Source of the DNA: a virus
Virus record (IMG/VR): IMGVR_UViG_3300027832_000084
Length of the DNA: 27,916 nt
Strand: one strand, 5' to 3'
In this document: one piece after another, positions 1 to 7,485 of the stretch
Numbering within the stretch: position 1 is the stretch's first letter
Layout: every line of letters begins with the position of its first letter
Program-made: the position numbers and the translations under genes
The notes under the pieces: generated by a model
Database searches by the model: none
What the model was told of the DNA's origin: nothing
The model's input: only the letters and a program-made list of their open reading frames with translations

Positions 1-69
1 TGTAGTTACACCTACCCCCCTGTTGTAGTTACACCTACCCCCCTGTTGTAGTTACACCTACCCCCCTGT
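1..69. repeat. Left terminal array: three exact tandem copies of the 23-bp unit TGTAGTTACACCTACCCCCCTGT
   Basis: Read directly: copies at 1-23, 24-46 and 47-69. The unit is 12/23 G+C with a C6 run, in a very AT-rich genome. Bases 1-68 are identical to 27849-27916. Confidence 0.95.
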
Positions 70-138
70 TAACTATTAAATCATCTATCAACACCAATAA
101 TCAATTAATTAACTATAAGTTATGTAAACTATTATTTT

Positions 139-165
139 TATTTAAATTATTTAAATTATTTAAAT
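139..165. repeat. Three tandem copies of the 9-bp unit TATTTAAAT, each containing the 8-bp palindrome ATTTAAAT
   Basis: Read directly: 139-147, 148-156, 157-165. It lies in the ORF-free AT-rich stretch between the terminal array and the first promoter. Confidence 0.85.
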
Positions 166-239
166 AAGTGATAAAGATAACACTATCAACTAGTTACACT
201 AATACCTTATTTAGAATGAATATAAATAATATATAAATG

Positions 240-270
240 TTGACAAAACACAACTTTTAATGTATCTTTG
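240..270 (+). promoter_or_regulatory. Candidate Bacteroidota-type early promoter (-33 TTG, -7 TATCTTTG)
   Basis: TTG at 240-242 and TATCTTTG at 263-270, which matches the TAnnTTTG consensus. The spacer is 20 nt and the site is about 55 nt upstream of the first ORF. Confidence 0.5.
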
Positions 271-325
271 TGATATATATAAGAGTAAGCAATTACAAAT
301 AACGTAAACTAAAATAAAAAACAAA

Positions 326-514
326 ATGGTAAGTAATAAAAATAACAGATGGATTTTAATGTTAAATGGTGTTGAAATCTATAGAGCACCTTCAATCGAA
401 TTAATAGCGAATGAAGTAGGGTGTAGTAGATACTATATTTATAAGCAAACTAAAGAGAAAAGTAGTTTTGTTTATAAAAAAAATAACTATCAAATTATCG
501 ATAGATTGGCGTAA
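326..514 (+). CDS. Small hypothetical protein, possible HTH DNA-binding
   Basis: 62-aa ORF and first gene after the promoter. The segment IELIANEVGCSRYYIYKQ looks like a helix-turn-helix. Confidence 0.5.
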   Translation: MVSNKNNRWILMLNGVEIYRAPSIELIANEVGCSRYYIYKQTKEKSSFVYKKNNYQIIDRLA

Positions 515-526
515 TATTAATTTAAA

Positions 527-1216
527 ATGGAAAGTAAAACAAATACTAACGAAAACTTCACGAAGGTTTATGATAAAATAAGAACAGTACCAGTTAAAGT
601 AATAACACCAGCAGAGAAGATATTCTTTGCTTGGATTATCGGATGGCAAGAAAATAATAAAACAGTTACTGCATCAAACAAATATATCGCAGATGAATTA
701 GGTTATTCTGTTGATGGTGTTAGAACTATGATTAAAAAATGTAATGAGAAATTTAATTTCTTCACTTCAATACAGAATGAAATAACTAGCGATAATAATA
801 ATAAATACAGTTCATCTCACACTATAAATATTGATGAAGTTAAATTAGATAAATTTATTGATTCACTTAAAGATAACACTTCAACAGAGAATAAAGTTGT
901 TAAGAAGGTATCTAAAGTAGTTGAAGTTAAAGTTGAACAAACTACACCTATCAAACAAGAAGTATTGGTAGAAGCAGTTAAAACAACTAAACCAACCACT
1001 TCAAATAAAAGTAAGGTAATTGCGACCAAAGAAAAATTAATGCTTATATTTGATACCTACACAGATAAGATAGATTTGGGGGTTATGGTTGATATTAAAA
1101 CAAAAATAATCACAACCCAAGATTTTAATTATACCTCAGATTTGGTTAAGTATTTGGATGATAAATACCAAGAACAAGAAGAAGTTAAAGAAATTATGTT
1201 AAACTATAAATATTAA
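527..1216 (+). CDS. Winged-helix/HTH DNA-binding protein; possible replication initiator or early regulator
   Basis: 229-aa ORF. The N-terminal part (ITPAEKIFFAWIIGWQENNKTVTASNKYIADELGYSVDGVRTMIKK) resembles phage wHTH domains. A T/K/V-rich linker follows. No enzymatic motif seen. Confidence 0.5.
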   Translation: MESKTNTNENFTKVYDKIRTVPVKVITPAEKIFFAWIIGWQENNKTVTASNKYIADELGYSVDGVRTMIKKCNEKFNFFTSIQNEITSDNNNKYSSSHTINIDEVKLDKFIDSLKDNTSTENKVVKKVSKVVEVKVEQTTPIKQEVLVEAVKTTKPTTSNKSKVIATKEKLMLIFDTYTDKIDLGVMVDIKTKIITTQDFNYTSDLVKYLDDKYQEQEEVKEIMLNYKY

Positions 1217-1218
1217 TT

Positions 1219-1560
1219 ATGAGTAAATACAAAGAGCTAATGGAACAGCTGAATGCTGCTTCAAAACAAAAGCAAGAAGAACTATTAAATGAACAATACC
1301 TCATCGTCATCAAAATACCGTCACAACCAAATACTTTGCGTTTAACCTACGCAAGCTACAAGAAAGGTAGAATCATTCAAATAGATGAGTTAGATGCAGC
1401 AGATAAACTTATATCAACATCAGAGTTTAAAGGAAAAGGTTGCGAAGGGTTTTGCTCGTCAGATATAAAAGATATGAAAGTTCTACTTAATCAACTCAAA
1501 CCTAAAGATTTTAAAGATAATAAAGAAATTGTTGTTGAAGAATATTTTAAACAAAATTAG
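1219..1560 (+). CDS. Hypothetical early protein
   Basis: 113-aa ORF, tightly packed after the previous gene. No motif recognised. Confidence 0.6.
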   Translation: MSKYKELMEQLNAASKQKQEELLNEQYLIVIKIPSQPNTLRLTYASYKKGRIIQIDELDAADKLISTSEFKGKGCEGFCSSDIKDMKVLLNQLKPKDFKDNKEIVVEEYFKQN

Positions 1561-1604
1561 GAATAACAAAATATAATATGTAACTTTACAAAAAAAAAGA
1601 AATT

Positions 1605-1838
1605 ATGAAAATTGAAAAAGAAGAACAAGAAGAAATAAATAAAATTTTTGGTAGTGTTAAATCTAATACTACAGATTTATCTATCAGCTGTTATAACAAC
1701 ACACGCAATGAGATATTTATTGCAATAGGTGATATAGATGTTGATATACTAAATTATATGTGTATAGCTTTAACTAAAGAAAATGCAATCGAATTATTGG
1801 AAGAATTACAAAAAAGTATTAAATACTTATTAGACTAA
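1605..1838 (+). CDS. Hypothetical early protein
   Basis: 77-aa ORF with an A-rich start context. No motif recognised. Confidence 0.55.
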   Translation: MKIEKEEQEEINKIFGSVKSNTTDLSISCYNNTRNEIFIAIGDIDVDILNYMCIALTKENAIELLEELQKSIKYLLD

Positions 1839-1932
1839 TTTAAAAATATAATTAGAAAATAATACCAATATTAATTTTGTATTTATTTTAAAAAAAAGTG
1901 CAATTAAATTAGGTTAATCAAAAAACAATACA

Positions 1933-1940
1933 TATCTTTG
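1933..1940 (+). promoter_or_regulatory. Second TATCTTTG (-7 type) box
   Basis: The same octamer as at 263-270, sitting 38 nt upstream of the ATG at 1978. No clean -33 TTG at the expected distance. Confidence 0.35.
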
Positions 1941-1977
1941 TTACAACAAATAAAAACAACTAAAAAAAATAAAAATT

Positions 1978-2079
1978 ATGAATGAAGTAGACCAATACAC
2001 GAAAGAAGAAATAGCAATTATGGAAGCGGAGCACCTATTAGAGATGGAAATGTGGTTTTGGATGAATCAAGAAAGTTGA
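1978..2079 (+). CDS. Possible 33-aa micro-ORF (MNEVDQYTKEEIAIMEAEHLLEMEMWFWMNQES)
   Basis: Translated by hand; it is below the ORF-track cutoff. It fills an otherwise empty 360-bp gap and follows the TATCTTTG box. Confidence 0.3.
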   Translation: MNEVDQYTKEEIAIMEAEHLLEMEMWFWMNQES

Positions 2080-2198
2080 TAATAATTTAGGTTTACAAAA
2101 ACTTTAACATATTTATAATAAAAATAAATAAAAATAATAAATAAAGTGTATAGAATATATACTTTTTTTGTTTTACATTATATTTATATTAAAAGAAA

Positions 2199-2780
2199 AT
2201 GATGATAATAACAAAAGATGAAGAAAACCGCACGCTTGTAGCTAACAAAAACTTTGATAAATTACTAAAAAATAATAAGCGGTATATCACCAAACTATTA
2301 AATAAATATGGACCAAAAAATCACGATGACCTTAGACAAGAAGCTGCGTTAGGATTGCTTGAAGCAATGAATCGATTCAATCCAATCGAAGATATCGCAT
2401 TCATCACCTATGCAGCAATTTGGATGCGTAAGTACTGTAATCATTATTTGAATAATAATGCTCGCACAGTCAGATTACCAAAAAACAAAATACAAGAAGA
2501 ATATTTACATATTGAACAATCATTAGATAATACACACCATCAAATTAAAAATGATGAGGAAGATGATGATAGTGATGATGACCATTTAATTACACTTAAA
2601 GCGGTTGTAATGAAACATTTTAACTCTTTGAAAGAATCCTACCAAATAATAATAAAAGGTATTGTAATCGATAAAAAAACATTCAATGAATTAAGTAATG
2701 AACTTGGCATTAGCAAACAAGGATTAAATCAACGGTACAACTTAGCCATAAAAAAATTAAAACAATTAATGGAGGTTTAA
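2199..2780 (+). CDS. Sigma-70-family RNA polymerase sigma factor (phage-encoded)
   Basis: Region-2-like DLRQEAALGLLEAMNRFNP...FITYAAIWMRKYCNHYL, an acidic linker (EEDDDSDDD), and a region-4 HTH ELSNELGISKQGLNQRYNLAIKKLKQ. Confidence 0.7.
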   Translation: MMIITKDEENRTLVANKNFDKLLKNNKRYITKLLNKYGPKNHDDLRQEAALGLLEAMNRFNPIEDIAFITYAAIWMRKYCNHYLNNNARTVRLPKNKIQEEYLHIEQSLDNTHHQIKNDEEDDDSDDDHLITLKAVVMKHFNSLKESYQIIIKGIVIDKKTFNELSNELGISKQGLNQRYNLAIKKLKQLMEV

Positions 2781-2877
2781 CACATAAAAAACTACATTAA
2801 CAAATATATTTTCATTTATTTTCAAAAAAACTAGAACTTTTATAATAATTCAAATATTTATTATAAAAGAACTAAAT

Positions 2878-3396
2878 ATGAATGACTACGAAAGAAAAGA
2901 TGAAGAAGGAAGAGTAATCTTTAAAAAAATGTGTGAACAACAAAAATGGTGCAAATATAAAAAAGCAGCAATAGATAAATATAGCCAATGGGATGTTGCA
3001 TTCAATGATGAAAAACATATGGTAATTGGTGAAATAAAATATAGACATCAATACGATTCAAATAACTTTTCAAATTGGTTAATTGAAATGGATAAATACA
3101 ATAGTTTAAAAGCATTACAAGCATCTTATGTAGCAAAGAATATAGATGTAAAGATATACTACATTAATCACTTTAGAAACAATTATTCATTAATTTGGGA
3201 TTTAGATTCGATTAACCTAAATGATTACCAAATAAAAAAAGTATTACTTCAAAAGAATGATTTTGATGAACAACAAGTAATGAAAGATGTAATTTATTTG
3301 GAAAGGTATGCAGCAAAATATAAAATAGAAAGTGATGAAGAGTTATCAGTATTTAAAAAAATAATAGAAGAAGATGAAGATGATTTACCATTTTAA
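2878..3396 (+). CDS. Hypothetical protein with a PD-(D/E)xK-like nuclease motif
   Basis: QWDVAF...MVIGEIKYR fits a D...hhhExK signature. Acidic C-terminus. Motif-level evidence only. Confidence 0.35.
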   Translation: MNDYERKDEEGRVIFKKMCEQQKWCKYKKAAIDKYSQWDVAFNDEKHMVIGEIKYRHQYDSNNFSNWLIEMDKYNSLKALQASYVAKNIDVKIYYINHFRNNYSLIWDLDSINLNDYQIKKVLLQKNDFDEQQVMKDVIYLERYAAKYKIESDEELSVFKKIIEEDEDDLPF

Positions 3397-3435
3397 TAAA
3401 AAAAAATAGTATCTTCAATAAAAATAAAAACAAAT

Positions 3436-3513
3436 ATGACAGAAAAAGAAAAAATAATTGAAATGCTAAATATATTATTTAGTATTGCTGATGACGAAGA
3501 TGAAGAAGAATAA
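3436..3513 (+). CDS. Possible 25-aa acidic micro-ORF (MTEKEKIIEMLNILFSIADDEDEEE)
   Basis: Translated by hand. It lies immediately upstream of the terminator at 3521. Confidence 0.25.
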   Translation: MTEKEKIIEMLNILFSIADDEDEEE

Positions 3514-3520
3514 ATAAATT

Positions 3521-3554
3521 AAACTCACCTATTAAATAGTGTGAGTTTTTTTTT
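3521..3554 (+). terminator. Rho-independent terminator closing the early module
   Basis: 8-bp stem AAACTCAC (3521-3528) / GTGAGTTT (3541-3548), running into a T9 tract (3546-3554). Confidence 0.75.
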
Positions 3555-3600
3555 AAACAATAATGTACTATTTTATATTTTAATTATATAACATAGTATT

Positions 3601-4017
3601 ATGGCCCGAAAAACAAACCCGAAGTATAAAAAAGAGGAATTAGTTAAGATGATTGTAGATTGGACAATCGATGGAGTACCTCACGCAACAATAAAAAACA
3701 ACATCAAAAGTTTTGGATATGAGGTATCTTATTTTTATTTACTAAAAAAAGAAGCAAAAGCATTAATTAAAGAAGCACTTATTGGTGTTGCTGAAGATAG
3801 ATTAGCACCAACGATAATCGAAATGGAAGAACAATATACTTTAGCATTAGATGAAGGTGATAGGAAGCTTGCTAATGAAATAAGAAAAGAGATTAATAAA
3901 ATAAGTGGTTTGCATATAGTTAAAACAGATATAACAACAAATGGTGATAGCATAAATAATATTAGCGTAATAAAAATAATTGAAATAAAAAGAGAAGAAG
4001 ATGAAACTGAAAATTAA
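3601..4017 (+). CDS. Candidate terminase small subunit
   Basis: 138-aa ORF and first gene of the late operon, upstream of TerL. Basic N-terminus with an HTH-like segment, a helical middle, and an acidic tail. The call is based on position and architecture. Confidence 0.45.
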   Translation: MARKTNPKYKKEELVKMIVDWTIDGVPHATIKNNIKSFGYEVSYFYLLKKEAKALIKEALIGVAEDRLAPTIIEMEEQYTLALDEGDRKLANEIRKEINKISGLHIVKTDITTNGDSINNISVIKIIEIKREEDETEN

Positions 4018-4222
4018 AGAAGAATTAAAAGGATTAACAATCACAATAACTAATATGAGTATTGGTCAAATAACATTTGATAGTAATAAAGTAGATGAAG
4101 CAAATTATATCAATTTTTATAATTTAGGTTTTAGTGAAATATTTGAAGTGTTGGAAGAAGAAACACCAGTAAAAAAATTATTAATTGAAAATAAAATAAA
4201 ACGAAAAAACAATGGAAAATAA
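4001..4222 (+). CDS. Hypothetical protein
   Basis: 73-aa ORF that overlaps both neighbours by a few codons. Confidence 0.5.
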   Translation: MKLKIKEELKGLTITITNMSIGQITFDSNKVDEANYINFYNLGFSEIFEVLEEETPVKKLLIENKIKRKNNGK

Positions 4223-4541
4223 TCTTGAATATTTTTTAGCATTAAGAGTGAGAGTTGGATTTGATTTTGAAGGTACTTTATCAGCAAATGCAATACAAAC
4301 AATTACCAATCAATTAATAATTGCTGGAGGTACTGAAGTTTATATTATATCCTCATTAGATAATGCAGCTTCTTTATATTCATTATCACTTAAATTTGGT
4401 ATACCAATGACAAGAGTATTTGCAATGGGTAGTGATGAAGAAAAGATAAGAAAAATAAAACAATTGGGTATAAACATATTTTTTGATGCTAACCAATCAA
4501 TAGTTAATAAGTTACCTAATATAGGAAGAAGGTTAAACTAA
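4212..4541 (+). CDS. Small HAD-like protein (uncertain)
   Basis: VGFDFEGTL resembles HAD motif I (DxDxT) but has E at the second acidic position. YIISS could be motif II and FFDAN motif IV. At 109 aa there is no cap domain. Confidence 0.3.
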   Translation: MENNLEYFLALRVRVGFDFEGTLSANAIQTITNQLIIAGGTEVYIISSLDNAASLYSLSLKFGIPMTRVFAMGSDEEKIRKIKQLGINIFFDANQSIVNKLPNIGRRLN

Positions 4542-6539
4542 ATGGAATTACAATTAAAAACCACCAAGGTATTCAGTAAAAATTATGATGCATTATATAA
4601 TAGTCAAATCAGATTTATTGTTAATCAAGGCGGAACTCGTAGCAGCAAAACTTACAGTCTATGCCAAATGTTAATTGTATATGCTCTACAAAATAAAAAT
4701 AAAAATAAAACAATCTCAATCGTACGTAAAACATTTCCAGCTTTAAGAAGTTCGGTTATGAAAGATTTTTTTGAAGTGTTAAGAGATTTAAATATTTATG
4801 ATGAAAAATACCACAATAAAACTGAACACATTTATAAATTTCCAAATGGCAGTACTATATCATTTTTCTCATTAGATGATGCACAAAAAGTGAGAGGTAG
4901 AAAACACAGTATAGTGTGGTGCAATGAAGCAAACGAGTTAACCTTTGAAGATTTTAATCAATTAAATTTTAGGTGTGAAGAGAAGATGTATTTCGATTTC
5001 AATCCATCAGACACTGAGCATTGGCTATATGGTATAATAGATAGGGAAGATGCAATTAAAATACATTCAACCTACAAAGATAACAGTTTCCTTCCAAAAT
5101 CGCTTATAAAGCAAATAGAAGAGTTAATACTTGTTGACCAAGATTATTATAATATCTATGCTTTAGGGTTACCATCTAAATCAACTCACACAGTATATAA
5201 CCATCAACAATTTTATTCAGTTAGACCAGAATGTAAAGAAACAATTCTTGGTTTGGATTTTGGCTTTACGCATCCTTCAGCTTTAGTCAGATGTGATTTT
5301 AGAGAAAATGAAGTATATGTAAAAGAATTGATTTATGAAAGTTATTTAACAACACCAGAACTAATTGAAAAAGTAAAAGAAAAACTAATTGAAGAAGGTT
5401 TATTAACTTCACAGCTTATTGTTTGTGACTATGCTAGACCCGAAATCATCAGTGAGATGAATTCTGCTGGACTGAATTGTGTTAATGCTATCAAGAATGT
5501 AAAGGAAGGAATTGATGCTGTTAAATCAAAAGTATTTTTTGTAGATGAAACCTCATCAAATATCAAAAAAGAACTGGCCAACTATAAATGGAAATCTCAA
5601 GGTGAAAGAATTCTTGAAGAAGTTATTAAACAATGGGATGATGCTTGTTTTGTTGGAGATACTATGATTACAACTATAAATGGTCAAGTACCAATGAAAG
5701 ATATAATAGTTGGTGATATGGTATTAACATCACAAGGTTATAAAAAAGTATTATTAAAACATAATAACGGAACGCATCTAGTATCAAAATACTCTTTACT
5801 TTCCGATACTAATTTAGTATATTTAACTTGTACTAATAATCATAGAATAAAAACAATAGAAGGATGGACGGAGATTTCAAAATTACAATCGGAACAGACA
5901 ATTTACCAACACAAACATTTAACGGAAGAACATATAAATTATATCCCAACCGAAAATATTTCACACAACACAAACATCATATGCACCAACAAGTTTGGGA
6001 ATTTCATAATGGACCAAGAAAAAAAGGTTATCACATCCATCACATCAACGAAAACAGATGGGATAATAGAATTGAAAACTTGGAAGAAAAAGAAGCGTCT
6101 AAACATTTATCTGAACATTCAAAAGAAAGATGGGATAATAAAAGTGAGGAATCTAAAAAGGAATTTCATTCAAAAGGTATTGAAGCAGCAAAGATATGGC
6201 ATAAAAGTGAAGAGGGTAAACAATGGCACAGTGAACACGGTAAAAAATCTTGGATTAATAGGGTTAAAACCATTAAACAATGTGAACAATGTGGAAAAGA
6301 ATATGAAACTCACATTCCAACCAGAAGTAAATACTGCCATAACAACTGTAAAGCTAAAGCACTTAGAGCAAGGAGAAAGCTGGATGGAGGAAGTGTATGA
6401 TTTAACTATCGAAGATTGTAGTGAATATTTTGCTAATAATGTATTAGTACATAATTGTGATGCTGTTAGATACGGTGTGTTATATTATAAAAGAAATAAT
6501 ACCCAAGCTAATTTTGAATTTGTTTCATTTACTTTTTAA
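4542..6539 (+). CDS. terL: Terminase large subunit (PBSX/XtmB-like) interrupted by an intein; predicted mature protein 395 aa
   Basis: Walker A-like NQGGTRSSKT, Walker B-like SIVWCNEANE, and an RNaseH-like nuclease half (GLDFGF..., WDDA|CDAVRYG after intein removal). Confidence 0.85.
   Translation: MELQLKTTKVFSKNYDALYNSQIRFIVNQGGTRSSKTYSLCQMLIVYALQNKNKNKTISIVRKTFPALRSSVMKDFFEVLRDLNIYDEKYHNKTEHIYKFPNGSTISFFSLDDAQKVRGRKHSIVWCNEANELTFEDFNQLNFRCEEKMYFDFNPSDTEHWLYGIIDREDAIKIHSTYKDNSFLPKSLIKQIEELILVDQDYYNIYALGLPSKSTHTVYNHQQFYSVRPECKETILGLDFGFTHPSALVRCDFRENEVYVKELIYESYLTTPELIEKVKEKLIEEGLLTSQLIVCDYARPEIISEMNSAGLNCVNAIKNVKEGIDAVKSKVFFVDETSSNIKKELANYKWKSQGERILEEVIKQWDDACFVGDTMITTINGQVPMKDIIVGDMVLTSQGYKKVLLKHNNGTHLVSKYSLLSDTNLVYLTCTNNHRIKTIEGWTEISKLQSEQTIYQHKHLTEEHINYIPTENISHNTNIICTNKFGNFIMDQEKKVITSITSTKTDGIIELKTWKKKKRLNIYLNIQKKDGIIKVRNLKRNFIQKVLKQQRYGIKVKRVNNGTVNTVKNLGLIGLKPLNNVNNVEKNMKLTFQPEVNTAITTVKLKHLEQGESWMEEVYDLTIEDCSEYFANNVLVHNCDAVRYGVLYYKRNNTQANFEFVSFTF
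5646..6455 (+). mobile_element. Intein (270 aa) within TerL
   Basis: Block A CFVGDTMITT begins with Cys at 5646-5648. Block B is TCTNNHRI. Blocks F/G are VYDLTIEDCSEYFANNVLVHN, ending in His-Asn at 6450-6455. The +1 Cys is at 6456-6458. Confidence 0.85.
5864..6400 (+). CDS. HNH endonuclease, nested inside the intein in the -1 frame relative to TerL
   Basis: 178-aa ORF containing HQQVWEFHNGPRKKGYHIHHINENRWDNRIENLE (HNH core) and a C-terminal CEQCGKEY...CHNNC zinc-finger-like motif. The TerL frame stays open across the whole ORF. Confidence 0.8.
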   Translation: MDGDFKITIGTDNLPTQTFNGRTYKLYPNRKYFTQHKHHMHQQVWEFHNGPRKKGYHIHHINENRWDNRIENLEEKEASKHLSEHSKERWDNKSEESKKEFHSKGIEAAKIWHKSEEGKQWHSEHGKKSWINRVKTIKQCEQCGKEYETHIPTRSKYCHNNCKAKALRARRKLDGGSV

Positions 6540-6626
6540 TATTTATTTTTCAATTTATTGGTCGTTTCAAAAGTTTCATACTATTTATATTTAAATAATA
6601 ACAATTACATTAAATAAAAAGTAAAA

Positions 6627-7241
6627 ATGAAATTAAACTATAAAAAAATAATTGATGAATTTATAAAACAAAGATACGCTTACTTAATTGAATGCAGTAC
6701 TAATATATTAAAACAAAATAAAAGTTTATCACCCGAAGATTTAGTTAGTGAATTATGTATATATTTATATACCAATAAAGAAAAGGTAACAACATTTATT
6801 AATATGAATAAGTTGGAAGCGTTTGCAGTAAGTTGGATGAATATTCAAGGAAGATATAAAACATCACCAATCAATAAAAAATACGCTAACAATTTTGATG
6901 ACATAAATGATTTCACAGAATACGGATTAGATACCACAAACTTTTCAGATACAATTGATAAAAGTGATTATGAAAATGAATTAGCTTTAAGTTTTAATGA
7001 TGAACAAATAGTTAAAATTCTTAAGATAAAAAATGTTAAAAACTTATTAAGTAAATCAGAACAAATATTATATAATGCTTATTTTATAGAAAATTTATCT
7101 TATGATAAAATAAAAATTAAATATACATTTTACAGAGTTATTGATGGTAAAAGAATTAATTACAAAAGTAAGAACTCCATTTATCAAATGATGAAAATAA
7201 TGAAAGAAAAAATAAAATACTATATAAATGATAATAATTGA
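6627..7241 (+). CDS. Divergent ECF-like sigma factor or transcription regulator (uncertain)
   Basis: Region-2-like PEDLVSELCIYLY...LEAFAVSWMNIQGRY and region-4-like LSKSEQILYNAYFIENLSYDKIKIKY...NSIYQMMKIMKEKIK. Confidence 0.35.
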   Translation: MKLNYKKIIDEFIKQRYAYLIECSTNILKQNKSLSPEDLVSELCIYLYTNKEKVTTFINMNKLEAFAVSWMNIQGRYKTSPINKKYANNFDDINDFTEYGLDTTNFSDTIDKSDYENELALSFNDEQIVKILKIKNVKNLLSKSEQILYNAYFIENLSYDKIKIKYTFYRVIDGKRINYKSKNSIYQMMKIMKEKIKYYINDNN

Positions 7242-7485
7242 ATTAGCTTGTCTAAGCTTCTTATTTGTTAACGCTGAACCTCTGATACTATTCAAGAGGT
7301 TTTGTGGTTACAGAGAGGAGCAAATGCATACATATAGCAAAATAAAACAATTTATACATAAATTAATTTACTGTTGTTTATGTTCTGCGTTTTGGATTGG
7401 ATTAATATTTACTGGTTCAATTTTAAAAGCAGCATTAATATCAGTTTTAGCCGAAATAATATCAAAAATAAATAACAGATTATGA
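7228..7485 (+). CDS. Small membrane protein
   Basis: 85 aa with hydrophobic segments (IIIELACLSFLFV; CCLCSAFWIGLIFTGSILKAALISVLAEII). Overlaps its neighbours, which suggests translational coupling. Confidence 0.55.
   Translation: MIIIELACLSFLFVNAEPLILFKRFCGYREEQMHTYSKIKQFIHKLIYCCLCSAFWIGLIFTGSILKAALISVLAEIISKINNRL

Noticed and set aside
1-69. The terminal 23-bp arrays considered as a CRISPR array.
   Set aside because: The copies are directly abutting, with no spacers between them, and no cas genes are present.
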